Assembly: GCF_001194135.2 (NCBI RefSeq)
Contig: NC_068995.1
Location: forward strand, 28,754,680-28,798,911
Reading direction: 5' to 3'
DNA from: Octopus bimaculoides
Taxonomy: Eukaryota
Length of the DNA stretch: 44,232 nt
Below are positions 1 through 12,288 of this stretch, one piece after another. The translations under genes were made by a program, and so were the position numbers. The first letter of the stretch is position 1. The number at the start of each line of letters is the position of its first letter. A model generated the notes under the pieces. It worked only from the letters and a program-made list of their open reading frames with translations, was not told the origin of the DNA and searched no databases.

Positions 1-287
1 AAAATAAGCAACACGGATTTTAAAGATGGTTGCAGTACGCACGTTTCATGCTACTCCATTTATTTAAGTAATGCGAGCATTACTACATTAAATGCAATAT
101 GTAGAGCAATCTTCAGCTGCACGAAAATGCAGAAAATTACAGTAGAATAGACATATTATAATTGTGGCAACATTTCAAATCCAAGTGGGAGGAAGAATAC
201 ATAAAAATCCATCTTGACATAGCCAAGTCTATCAGGCTAGTAACATAACATAAGTACCATATTCAATTTTTGAATCTAAATCTAAAC

Positions 288-326
<39 letters not shown>

Positions 327-939
327 TGAGAAAAAGAAGTAAATGGAAATTACTGAAATTAAATTAAATTAATGTAATTTAAATTTTCATATTGAAACTG
401 GTTAATTGGGTATTTCATCGGGAGAGAATTTTCCAAATGAGAGTTACATTTCAGCGTGTTGGTTGACCTACGACAGACTAAGATACGTGCGTTTTAGAAT
501 GTGTGCATTGTTTTAAAAAAGACGTTATTTTCATATATATATACATATAAACAAATACGTTTGATATATTTGTGTACGTGCATATGTTATACATGTTGGT
601 TTTTATTGGCGATGGTGTGGTAGTTGAGGCAAAAATGATGTTATAGTGAGAGAAAGAGATTAAACGAGTGAAAGAAAAAAATGGGTAGAGGGAGAGAGAG
701 AGGGAGAGAGGAAGGGAGAGAGAGGGAGAGAGGGAGGTAGCATCCATGATGCAGTTGTGCATGCGTTTGTTAAAATACTGAAGACAACAAAAAATATGAC
801 GTATCGAAACTGCTAGTTAATTACCATATAATGGTGTTGCGTCATCAATATTTGTGCATAATCTATGGTCAATATAAACATTGTAAACAAAAGCAAAACT
901 TAGACACTACCAGATACTATTTATAGATAATCTATATTT

Positions 940-1078
940 ATTTCTTTATTACCTACAGGGGGCTAAACATAGAGGAGACAAACAAGGACAGACAAGGGGA
1001 TTAAGTTGATTACATTGACCCCAGTGATTAACTGGTACTTATTTAATCGACCCCGAAAGGATGAAAGGCAAAGTCGAC
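940..1078 (-). mobile_element. SINE 3' fragment (core ...GTCGACTTTGCCTTTCATCCTTTCGGGGTCGATTAAATAAGTACCAG..., Meta-domain-like)
   Basis: The reverse complement of ~1020-1078 gives the core motif, followed by CACTGGGGTC and a T-rich tail. The head of the same family is seen at 39775-39868. Confidence 0.7.
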
Positions 1079-1344
1079 AAGTACACTAATGTTGAAATTA
1101 CTATTAAGATATTTTGGGATGGTCATTTTCTTTTTCTTTTTTGCCAAATAAACACCTGCACTATATATTTTTTCTCTGCTCGTTTATTACTGTTTTTATT
1201 TTATTATTCATATTCATTGTCCGGAAATCTTTCGTCACACATCAGTGATCTCTTCAGCGACACTTCATTGACACACCAAAACGAAAATAATTTAATATGA
1301 GAGACGAACTTATAAAGTTTTGAACATAAATGCTCAGTACTTAA

Positions 1345-2536
1345 TATGCAAAGAGGGGAGAAAGCAGCCTGCAGAGGATTGCGGTTACGACCATGGGTGA
1401 ACCCGACGGTAGTGGGTATAGATATTTAGGGATTTTGGAGGTAGATGACATTCTACACAGAGAAGTGAAAGTCAAGGTCAGCGAGATGTAGCAAAAAAGG
1501 TGAAGATGGTGTTGAAATCCAACCTGAATGCCAAAAATTTGGTTACCGCAATGAATATCTGAGCCGTTGCGGTGGTCAGATATAGTGCGTCCATTCTCAA
1601 ATGGACTAAGAAGGAAATATCAACACCGAATAGAAGGACGAGAAAGTTGATGACGCTGCATGGCGCGCAACACCCTAAAGCAAACGTAAACAGACTGTAT
1701 ATGAAAAGATAAAAATGGTGGCAGAGGACTAATTAGTATAGACCATTGTATAAGGAGTGAAAGGAGAACGCTTGCCGAGTATTTGATAAATAATGATGAA
1801 GACCCGCTGCAATATACCGTGTAAGATATGGATGTAAATGAAGATGAAATGATGGGCAAGGAAGAGTTTAGCCAAAGAGCTGAGAAGAAGAGAAATGAAG
1901 ACCTTGAAATGAGAATGCATGGAGAATGTGAAAGGAATACACAGGGCGTTAAGGACAATACAGCATCGTGGGCATGGCTTGAGCGGGGGGATTTGAAGCG
2001 TAGTACCGAAAGCCTGATCATTGCTGGACAAGACCAGGCTCTCGCTACCAATTCAGTGAAGTATAACATCCATAAAACTTCTGACCCCCAGAAATGCAGA
2101 CTCTGTGGAAAGAGTTTGAAAAATGTGACCCACTTGGTAAGTGGATGTGAGAGCCTGGCACAAAAAGAATACAAGTGCCGCCACGACAAAGTGTGTGTGT
2201 ATCTTCATTGGCTCTTATGTCGTAAATACCAATATGAAGTAACAGAGAACTGGTATGAGCATGTACCAAGTAAAGTTATGCAGGAGGATGGAAAAGTAAC
2301 GATACTCTGGGACTATGATTTTCAGACGGATCATGTAATCGAACACCGTTGGCCGGATATTGTCATATTGAATAAGAGAAACAAATACTGTCAGATCATT
2401 GATGTAGCCATACCAAATGACATGAATGTTGTGAGGAAAGAGGTTGAAAAACCACCAAGTACACCAAATTGAAAGTGGAAATGATAAGACTGTATGGAAT
2501 GCGAGAGGGTAATGTAAAAGTGATACCAGTGGTGAT
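1345..2536 (+). mobile_element. 5'-truncated R4/Dong-like non-LTR retrotransposon (RT C-terminus, CCHC zinc finger, restriction-like endonuclease), decayed
   Basis: Frames read YRYLGILE...KMVLKSNLNAKNL...YSASILKWT...NRLYMKR..GGRGL, then ORF 1828-2472: AGQDQAL...CRLCGKSLKNVTHLVSGC...RHDKV...LWD...RWPDIVI...IIDVAIPND...KEVEK. After a frameshift it continues KYTKLKVEMIRLYG...VIPVV, which fits the PD-(D/E)xK RLE of R4-clade elements. It runs into the N-gap at 2537. Confidence 0.85.
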
Positions 2537-2744
2537 NNNNNNNNNNNNNNNNNNNNNNNNNNNNNNNNNNNNNNNNNNNNNNNNNNNNNNNNNNNNNNNN
2601 NNNNNNNNNNNNNNNNNNNNNNNNNNNNNNNNNNNNNNNNNNNNNNNNNNNNNNNNNNNNNNNNNNNNNNNNNNNNNNNNNNNNNNNNNNNNNNNNNNNN
2701 NNNNNNNNNNNNNNNNNNNNNNNNNNNNNNNNNNNNNNNNNNNN

Positions 2745-2835
<91 letters not shown>
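2745..2835. repeat. (AAT)n microsatellite
   Basis: About 30 perfect AAT units directly after the gap. Confidence 0.98.
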
Positions 2836-2839
<4 letters not shown>

Positions 2840-3489
2840 CAACAGAAATGGGCTGATGTTCGCTACAAATGTTTCAGACGTGCAAACTTCTTACCACACA
2901 GTCACACATGCGCCTAAACCGTTAGTCGGATCCGCCAAGATCTCATACGACTGGGCGGCTTATTTGTGCTTCCTTTGAGGGTTCAAATTCAAAAAGAAAA
3001 ATTTCATTTTTTTGGGGAAAATAAGTTTTAAAATGAACATGTTGATGACCGCCCTCTCAGTGACACAGAGGTAGTGCTGACACAGTTGCAATACACGTCA
3101 TTTCAACCCCAAAACAGAAGGAGAGGAGAACACTAACCATGTCGACCATGCTGTCAGTATCCACATCCAGTGGACCATGCTGTCAGTATGCCAGTTAGCA
3201 GGAGCAGCAGGAGCAGCAGCAACAACAACGAGAACAACAACAACAACACAGCGGTGGAATTTAATCCGAACTACGGAATTGACTTCCCCCAATGAAAGCG
3301 ACAACATCAGTCATCAACAAGCAGCGATAACAACACGACCAGGAACACAATCACCATCATTGTAACAACAAAAAATAAGACAGAAGGAAAGAACAAAGAC
3401 AACAGTAACCATTGCAACACAAATGAAAACAATAATTCCAACTTGAATAACAATATCATCATCAACAACAAGAATACATTCACAACTAT

Positions 3490-4080
3490 TGTATGTGGAT
3501 ATCCTGGCTCAAGCGACTAAACTGATCAAATTCGAAAAGTCACGGGCTGACATAGCCATTCGCCTGCCCCGAAGTGTTGGCAGAAACACACACACACACA
3601 CACACAGAGTTATATATAAATATGTTTCCATGAACACAAAACGACCGGAGTCAGCGAGTCAGACAGACGTGGAAGGAGCACTCAAAGAAATAATGCTCGA
3701 CATATCTCGAGGGCCAAGTAATTTCTAAGCATTTCAGTGCTCTTCAAGAGGTCGGTGGGAGTGAAGATATCAAGGATTGCACCTGAAGTGAATATAGAGT
3801 AGATTTTAGCATGCATTGTCATGGAAGTAACAGTCTCCTGATGGTGAAGCGAACCTCTCGTCAAAAATAGTTGGAGATTAGTTTAGGAATGCTACTCCAC
3901 ATCAAACCAGACACCATCCACAAGGTCCCAGACCTCATTCATATTCTGGGGGTGGGGGAGAGACTGCATATTACAGTTGAGGGCAGAAGGTTACGATGCC
4001 ACCTACGTGGGGGAGACTGACCACTTGAGAGCTTTCTGTCTTCAACAGAAGACGGAGCCACAGGACCCACTTACTGAGAA
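3490..4080 (+). mobile_element. Decayed Tx1/L1-type ORF1 fragment (RRM-like region plus CCHC knuckle)
   Basis: Pieced frames give VGVKISRIAPEVNIE*ILACIV...HILGVGERLHITVEGRRLRCHL-GETDHLRAFC. This parallels the ORF1s at 31257-32426 (VRVEAIPPDIEVAW...RVPRCFKC) and 34945-35448 (ITVEGIPPEIDVAW...VEGRVP). Confidence 0.6.
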
Positions 4081-4119
4081 CATCGGGTCCCCCAAAAGCC
4101 ACCACATTATATCATCAGC

Positions 4120-4260
4120 GAACAACAGCAAAAAGCATCAACATCAGCAACATCGACAACACGAAAAGCAAAATCAGCAACTGCTGGAACAGCAAAAACA
4201 CCAGCAAAAATAGCAGCGTCATCAACACCAACAACAGCGCAAACATCAACATCAGAAAGA
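4120..4260. repeat. CAG/CAA/CAT low-complexity tract
   Basis: Imperfect trinucleotide repeats; these produce the Q/H-rich end of ORF 3977-4213. Confidence 0.8.
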
Positions 4261-5099
4261 AAAATAACGAACACAAAAAAAAAAAAATACTCAAGGGCTC
4301 TTCTAACGAAGCTCTCCTTCTCTCTTTCCGTTTCCTCTAAACTCAAATACACACAGACTATCACCCAGATTTCACAGATACTGATACTCTGCATCAAGAA
4401 ATAAAAATGAAGGGGAACCCCAAGAATCAAAAGGAAACTAATAGTAAAAGAATAAAACATCATGCCTCATACCAACGTACACACCAAACAACAGAAAACA
4501 CACCCACAACAACCACAAACACACCTACAGTAAAACCAACATTTCTTGCACCACAGTCATCATCACATCTACCGCCACCACAACTCTTCCTCAACGGCAA
4601 CAATCCGTAAAAGACAACACATTGCATTGCAACAATCAACAATATAAACACAAAACTGTGTTAGTGAGGAAAGACATAGCACGAAGGAAGGGCATCAGAT
4701 AGAGGGTGATGTCACTGATTTTGGTGCGTGTGCGACTAGAAGCATATAAAAACATTAAGGAGAGCTTCTTCGTAACGTTGAAGTAAAAGTAATTTTTGGT
4801 ATAAATCAATACATAAAGAGTTATTAGTAATTAAAGTTTGAAAATTTTGGTAATTTTAGTCAATCGTAAGCCACGGACACATTCATGTTTTTCTCTTTTG
4901 AATTAACATAAAAATTTATTTACATGCAAGAAAATTACCGGAGACATTGTTTACAAATATTGACATGTGCTAGACGGAGAAGTTGCTGTCTGCCAGTAGA
5001 GAGGAAAATAGTAAGGAATGCACGGTGCTCACTAGAAAGAAAGAAAAGATAAAGGTGGGTCTGCTCTGATTGGCTGTAAGCAAATGAGTTCATTACTGG

Positions 5100-6112
5100 G
5101 GTCCGGAACTGACGTGGGAAAAAATTTCGCCTCCAGATAGGGTTAGAATGGGAGGCGGAGTTGCAGTGCTGCTTAGGAAAGGCCTGGTACGGAAGATCTT
5201 CCTGGACCCGGATGGTAAGTTTGTGGTCCTGGATGTGAGCAGTAGCGAAAATAGTGCTTTTATATTAGTCGCTGTGTACGCCCCGATAGGGGTGGGGAAC
5301 AGACGTTTGAAGGTTTTCTATTGGACGTCTTGCTCTTTAGTGCTAGTGAGCGATTGGAACGCCATATCGGACACACACCTGGATAGGATGCGGTAAACCA
5401 ATAGAAGACAGGGTGTAGGTGTAAAAGCCTCACAAACCTGCTCATTGCTTCCAACTGGCTAACTGGATTTCCCGAATGCGCCAGTATGAACAGGGTCATC
5501 AGCTCATCCATATCATATCTTGATAGAAGTAGCATTAGTTGTCCACAATTCAAAGACTTCAGCTGCACAGAGCACAAATTTGTGATCTGTACAGTCAATA
5601 AAGATACGATCCATAGGCAGGGTCCCAGTTACTGGAAGTTGAACGCATCTTTCCCGGCACCTGAAGCTTTCAGACACCGGCCTAGCAAGTTAGTCTATCG
5701 GAAGCTGTCGGGTGAAACTGTCAACAACCGATGGTGGATAGCCTTGAAACGTGAGTAGAAGCGTAATGGTTAAGAAAGAGGAATCTATAGTAGAAGGACT
5801 CTCAGTAGGACAAACTTGAAGAGGCATAGCGATCGACGTGCTGACGGCGAAATTTCCTCTTGATCAGCCCTTCAAAGACAAGCACGAAAGTTGCGTTGTC
5901 AGAGTTAGGGCACGTGTTCTAAGACATGAGATGGCTGAAAGTCATCCGACAAGCTTGGGTAGCTGAGGGGCAACGTAGCAACAACGCCACAATTTTGGTC
6001 CTTGACGGACCGAAAAGGGCACACGCTACTTGAATCCAAGACCAGTCGGAGGTAACGAATGCATACAACACTTCCGTCATCTACTACTGCCTGACTGTCG
6101 TCCCTTGTCCTG
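5100..6112 (+). mobile_element. Tx1/L1-clade ORF2 fragment (APE endonuclease and linker), decayed
   Basis: ORF 5148-5396 reads GGGVAVLL...DPDGKFVVLDV...LVAVYAP...SDWNA (GDFN-like). ORF 5486-5758 reads YLDR...TEHKFV...GPSYWKLNAS. These are APE motifs typical of Tx1/L1 ORF2. Confidence 0.8.
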
Positions 6113-6189
6113 CTTCATTATTGATCATGCTGGAGCGCTAACTCTTCCGTTTTCTCTTGGTGGCAGCTGCATGATATTTTCATCGGGCA

Positions 6190-6720
6190 TTTGTAAAAAA
6201 ATCATGCTGCTGCTGCCCAAATATGAAGAACATTATCACTCATAAATATCATCAAGCGCACACTCCCACTTGTAACTGTCGGAACCCTAAAGCTTGCCTA
6301 CTTGGACAGGCGTGTTTGATAAACTCCCTCGTATATGAGGCAGAATTCACATCAACGCTTCAAGAAAACTTAACCGAAAAGAATTACATCGTGTTATGCA
6401 AAGGCTATTTCAAAAGACGTTATGCAAAACATTCTATCTTCTTTCTAGCACATCGACAAAAGTTAAACCACTGAGTTGATTAGCTGCGTATGATGTTTGA
6501 AGAACAGCTCCACACCATATATAATCAAGTGGAAAATTGTAGACAAATCCATGCCATATTTTCATGGATCTAAGAATGAATAGGTGAAAGATCGCATAGT
6601 CTTTTTAGACCGAAGAAATCTACCACACTTGTCAATTCCATATCTGAAATTTTCAGCAAGTACAAACATATGGAGAAATTTATTTTGGTGAATTGCAGGA
6701 CATCACCCTCTCCGGATTGA
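6190..6720 (+). mobile_element. Penelope-like element (Naiad-type) linker plus GIY-YIG endonuclease fragment
   Basis: SC..PNMKNII...CNCRNPKACLLGQAC (CxCx5Cx5C) ...LVYEAE...NYIVL..YFKRRYAKH...IKWKIVDKSMPY...NSISEIFSKYKH. Confidence 0.85.
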
Positions 6721-6969
6721 GCAGTTGTCTTGCAGACTCTGGGCTCCTTTCCATTAAATCATTCTACAACAACTAGCTTTATTATGGCTTTATGGTCAAA
6801 GGAAGCATTACTATTTTTCTTTTTTCTTTTTTTTTCCCGTTTTTCACCCTTCCACTTTTGCATCTACCATTCAAGTTCGATGTAAAAAAGGGCATGGCTC
6901 TGGTGTAAATATTATGTGTATGCTTATTATTGACTCGAGCATTTAACCCAATAAACATCACCTTTGATC

Positions 6970-8240
6970 AGGTAATTTCCATTAAGAGGACAGGACAATG
7001 CAGATAGCAAGTATGGACTTATACATAGAAGAAATTCTTCAGTAATTAAGGACTTAGAAACTTTCAAACTAATAAAGATAAAATTGCTCAAAGTGAACAA
7101 CAGTTTCCAAAGTTCTCTTAAAGGAGCTGTTAACTTTGTATGAAAGCTACTTTGAGGATCCTACCCACCCCACAACCCCGACTCAAAATGTAGGTCTATA
7201 AACTTGATTAAAAACAAAATAATTTTAACTATTGAAAATATTTTAGATTCTATTTTGCGAATGTTATAGATTTTCCCTTACTCAATTTAATATCGTGAAG
7301 ATTTACTCGTGAATAGAAAGATATTTTCTACTAAAAGGTACTTGGACAATGACTTCATCCTACATGTCAAGGAATCATTACTGCTTTTAAATGTTATACA
7401 TGTGTCAAGAAAAAACGATGTTACTTTCTTCGATATGGTTATATGTGCGAATGGTGAAGTAGAATAATAAATGCATATAGGAACATATATTCTTCATTGT
7501 TTAGATACAGAATTTTCATATTTGTAAGCAGATGTATACTGGAATAATAACCTTATTATTACATACAACATGAATAGACATGAACTCGATAAACTTAGGA
7601 AAGACTTTATTGCTGTCTTCTAGTTCATGGGTCTGCAGACACGAATCTTAGTACTGTTAACTTCGTAGATATCATCTTAGGTCTGCAATCCAACAGTTTC
7701 AGGCCTTATCGTAAGCCTAATAAAATGTTATTCTTCATTAATATGGGTTGTAGTTATCCGCCCTGTATATGTACGAATTTAGTTTGTTACATAAATAAGC
7801 CAATCGTCTTGACATCAGATGAAGCGACTTTTAACAATGTATTTTCATGCTACTTAGGAATAACAGATTATCCAAGCAGATTTACTATTTTGCGAGACAT
7901 CACAGAACTAAAACTAGAAAGATTTTGCGGTTTAAACCTGTTTCGTGTGAATGTCAGGAACAACGGCGAAAGAATTTATATCTAAGTATTTTACCAGGGA
8001 CCGTAAATATTAGAACTTTTAACGGAATCTCGAAGCCTAGCAATTATTGCTGCAAAGACTTCGCCTTGTAAGTAGTGGCGACAAATCTAATGCATATAAT
8101 GACAACCTTAAGTGCAATCCAAAGACCTCAGTAACTGCTCTCTGAATGTTAATTTTCTGATCAAAGAAGTTAACAGGGCCGAAGAAATTTACACTGGCGT
8201 CACAGAAAACAGTTTCAAAACGCGATCGGTCTTTACCTTT
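6970..8240 (+). mobile_element. Penelope-like element (Naiad-type) RT/thumb to start of GIY-YIG, heavily decayed
   Basis: Fragments include FNIVKIYS (FDIxxFYPS-like), FFDMVIC..GEVE..IGTYILHCL (FDVxMGSxDGAExCELVGxYIL-like), FRPYRKPN..FIN..SYPP, SDEATFNN and EIYTGVTENSFKTR. Confidence 0.65.
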
Positions 8241-8615
8241 TTCGTACACTTAACACTCTACTTTTTCCATCATTTGAACGCTTTCTAACCGCTTCCATCC
8301 CTCCCTTATACTGATTGGTTATCCTTATTAGATACTTGCTTAGTTTTAAGTATCAGTATCTTTTAACTTAGATCCCACCTCTCCTCATTTAATTTTCCTT
8401 TTTTATTTTCCTTGTCTTTTTCTTTGTTTAAACTTCCTCTTCTCCCTTTTCTTCTTATCCCTCACCCTTTTCTTTGCTTGTATGTGTTTCTCATCTATTT
8501 TATGCATATCTTTTCGACTTCACCTCCTTTATTTTATTATTTATTTATTTTATTATATTTTTTGCATTTAATTTTACTTGTTTTTATGAAATTTTAATAT
8601 TTATCACTCACAACG

Positions 8616-8645
8616 TGTATGTGTATGTGTGTGTGTATGTGCATG

Positions 8646-8678
<33 letters not shown>

Positions 8679-8708
8679 CTGTGTGTATGTGTGTGTGTGT
8701 GTGTCTGT

Positions 8709-8740
<32 letters not shown>
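8616..8740. repeat. (TG)n compound microsatellite
   Basis: Direct inspection; it explains several spurious HT/CV ORFs. Confidence 0.95.
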
Positions 8741-8741
<1 letters not shown>

Positions 8742-9131
8742 GCTGTGTGGTAAGAATCTTGCTTTCCAACAACATGATTTCGAGTTCAGTTCCACTGCGT
8801 GGCACCTTGGGCAAGTGCTTTTTACTATAGCCTGGGGCCGACCAAAGCCTTGTGGGGGGGGGGGGGGATTTGGTAAACGGAAACAGAAGGGAACCCGTCA
8901 AATATATATGTGTATATATATCTATGTGTGTGAGTCTTTGAGTCTGTGTTTGTGCTCCCACCTCAGCTTGACAACCGGTTTTGGTTATATTTGCGTCTCT
9001 GTAATATAGCGGTTCGGCAAAAGGGATTAATAGAGTAAGTACCAGGCTTAAAAATAAATACTAAAAAAATTCAAGGCAGTACCACAGCATGGCCGCAGTC
9101 TAATGCCTGAAACAAGTAAAAGATATAAAAG
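8741..9131 (+). mobile_element. Near full-length tRNA-headed SINE (octopus-type)
   Basis: Head GGCTGTGTGGTAAGAATCTTGC...GAGTTCAGTTCCACTGCGTGGCACCTTGGGCAAG, internal TA/TG tract, core TAGCGGTTCGGCAAAAG...AAGTACCAGGC, tail CTGAAACAAGTAAAAGA. Other copies of the family are spread through the window. Confidence 0.85.
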
Positions 9132-9334
9132 ACATATATATATCTGTGTGTATGTGTATATGTGTCCATATACACATATTTGCAACATTAAACTACCACT
9201 CCATCTCAGCTGTAGCACGCCACTACTAACATTATGCATATCACAGCGCTACTAATACTGTGAACTTATAGATACCAAACTACCTCCTACTCTGCACTTC
9301 TGTCATCATTGTTAAAATCACTTCCATTGCCATC

Positions 9335-9428
9335 ACCACTACCAAAAACCACTACCACCACCACCACCACCACCACCGATACAACCACTACCACCACCAC
9401 CACCGATACAACCACCGCCGCCGCCACC
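9335..9428. repeat. (ACC)n imperfect microsatellite bordering a gap
   Basis: Direct inspection. Confidence 0.9.
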
Positions 9429-9967
9429 NNNNNNNNNNNNNNNNNNNNNNNNNNNNNNNNNNNNNNNNNNNNNNNNNNNNNNNNNNNNNNNNNNNNNNNN
9501 NNNNNNNNNNNNNNNNNNNNNNNNNNNNNNNNNNNNNNNNNNNNNNNNNNNNNNNNNNNNNNNNNNNNNNNNNNNNNNNNNNNNNNNNNNNNNNNNNNNN
9601 NNNNNNNNNNNNNNNNNNNNNNNNNNNNNNNNNNNNNNNNNNNNNNNNNNNNNNNNNNNNNNNNNNNNNNNNNNNNNNNNNNNNNNNNNNNNNNNNNNNN
9701 NNNNNNNNNNNNNNNNNNNNNNNNNNNNNNNNNNNNNNNNNNNNNNNNNNNNNNNNNNNNNNNNNNNNNNNNNNNNNNNNNNNNNNNNNNNNNNNNNNNN
9801 NNNNNNNNNNNNNNNNNNNNNNNNNNNNNNNNNNNNNNNNNNNNNNNNNNNNNNNNNNNNNNNNNNNNNNNNNNNNNNNNNNNNNNNNNNNNNNNNNNNN
9901 NNNNNNNNNNNNNNNNNNNNNNNNNNNNNNNNNNNNNNNNNNNNNNNNNNNNNNNNNNNNNNNNNNN

Positions 9968-10033
<66 letters not shown>
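9968..10033. repeat. (TG)n microsatellite bordering a gap
   Basis: Direct inspection. Confidence 0.95.
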
Positions 10034-10037
<4 letters not shown>

Positions 10038-10755
10038 ATATGTGTGTAATATGTGCACGTCAATATGTATGTATGCACAAGTATGTGTGTACATGATTAT
10101 GTATGTGCTCTTTGTGCTTTTGCTATGCACATGCCATTCTCAACCATGTTTTAATTTCTACGTGTTTACGTGATCCGGGTATATGTGTGTCTGAATAGCT
10201 ACGTGTATATATGTGTGTGAGTGATTGTTTATCTCAACGTTGTTTTCTGGTATCGTTTACATGTGCGTGTATGAATGTATGTATGTGAGCGCACGCATGC
10301 TTAACTGTATATATGCCCTAAGAATATCGGTGTGTGAGATAAATGTGTACTAATATGTACATCTAGAAATCACTGGTCTTGTGTAATTATGTATATGTTC
10401 ATATATTTGGCATTTATAAAGCAATGATTAAAATATTTAGTAAATTAACGGATCGGCTTTCAAGTTATACGACACTGCTAATAGAAATCTGCTTGTGTGT
10501 GACGTAGAATTATTGTTTGTCATTTTGTTGCCCCTATCAATAAATTGTTGTATATCTATCAGAATATAAGCTGGGAAAACTTGGATTTATCCGGTTTGAA
10601 AAGGATGCATGCACTTTCGTCACTTGATATATTGATAATAAGAGGCAACGCAAGATATTTAGTATGTTAAAAGAATTTAAAGAACTCATAAAGATATTTG
10701 ATAAATTTAAATATGCCTTTTGGTATTTATAAGGAAATTATCAATATATTACCAT

Positions 10756-10937
10756 AGCGCAGGTAAGAGGTTGTGTGGTAAGGAGCTTACTTCTCAACCA
10801 CTTGGTTCCGGGTTTAGTCCCACTGCGTGGCACCTATAATCTTCTACTATAGCTTCGGGCAGACCAAAACTTTGTGAGTGGATTTAGTTGACGGAAACTG
10901 AAAGAAACCTGTTGTATATATATATATATATATATAT
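10756..10937 (+). mobile_element. tRNA-headed SINE, 5' half (runs into gap)
   Basis: TGTGTGGTAAGGAGCTTACTTCTCAACCACTTGGTTCCGGGTTTAGTCCCACTGCGTGGCACC...GACGGAAACTGAAAGAAACC then (TA)n. Confidence 0.85.
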
Positions 10938-12288
10938 NNNNNNNNNNNNNNNNNNNNNNNNNNNNNNNNNNNNNNNNNNNNNNNNNNNNNNNNNNNNNNN
11001 NNNNNNNNNNNNNNNNNNNNNNNNNNNNNNNNNNNNNNNNNNNNNNNNNNNNNNNNNNNNNNNNNNNNNNNNNNNNNNNNNNNNNNNNNNNNNNNNNNNN
11101 NNNNNNNNNNNNNNNNNNNNNNNNNNNNNNNNNNNNNNNNNNNNNNNNNNNNNNNNNNNNNNNNNNNNNNNNNNNNNNNNNNNNNNNNNNNNNNNNNNNN
11201 NNNNNNNNNNNNNNNNNNNNNNNACATCGAGTTGACATCAGCCTAATGTCATATTCACATCAAGGTGACATCGGTCCGATATGAAAATCAGGTTGGGCTG
11301 AGGTATGGTTGTTCAACTTGAGAAGTTTCAATATCTCCTTGAGCCGATTTTGCTAAATGCCTGATCTGACTCCGAAATACATTCAAGGATGAGCTAATTA
11401 ATGTATGATTAGACGTTTATACGGGTTCGACATCGGCCACATTTTATGTTCTCCATAGCATTACACCAGATCCCTGGCATGAATTGCTCTGATTCCAGCC
11501 TCACCCACCCAGCGTTTGAAAATAAAAATATAAATTTGTTTCAATTTACAGCCAATGAGGACCAGCTAAACAAACAATGCTAAATAAACAATATTAAATT
11601 TATTTTGAAGATGTAAGTGTATGAGCATCAGTTTACATGGCATGTGTATGGGAATATCTAAAAAAATCATGTAGAAACCGCTAGAAAAATTTTAGATGAA
11701 CAGTTATTTTTCTTTGCAAACATCATTTATTTTATCAACTATAACTTTGAAAAATGGCTATTTACAACACAACAAAAGTAAATCACAACATTTAAAAGTT
11801 AATAAAAATGAAGACGAAATATACTGGCCAATATACACTGTGAAACTAAGATATTTATTTAATGGTGTTAAGGTCACTTATACCACTGTGGCTATTTGTG
11901 TCAAAGTTCAACAATTATTCATATCTGCACATAAAGCCTGGTAAATAAGGAGTAATGGTATTCATTTTAGGGTTCGATTTTATGACTTGAAATTTGGGAG
12001 ATTTGTTAAAAATAAATATATTTAGAATGTGCAGAAATAGGAAAAACACATTAAACGCAAGAAATATCATCAATAAAATTGTATTTGAAACCACAGATAG
12101 GAGTATTCCTTACTAATTTGGTGAATGAGAAATTTGAATGGAAGACAAAACCATGTATGCAAAGTTATTCAGCCTATTGTTACCAATGCGTTGCTAAAAT
12201 GGATTACTTTAAAAAATTGAGGTAACCCATAAATGAGTTATCTTAATTTTCAATTTGTGCAGACCTGAGACCTGTGACAGATTCATTG

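Noticed and set aside
3130-3480. T/Q-rich ORFs 3098-3307 and 3177-3365 as a gene fragment
   Set aside because: This is ACA/CAA low-complexity sequence without splice or domain support.
8741-8810. tRNA gene calls for SINE heads (also 10756, 26124, 39775, 43860)
   Set aside because: Only A-box and B-box remnants are present, with no complete cloverleaf, and each is joined to SINE body sequence.
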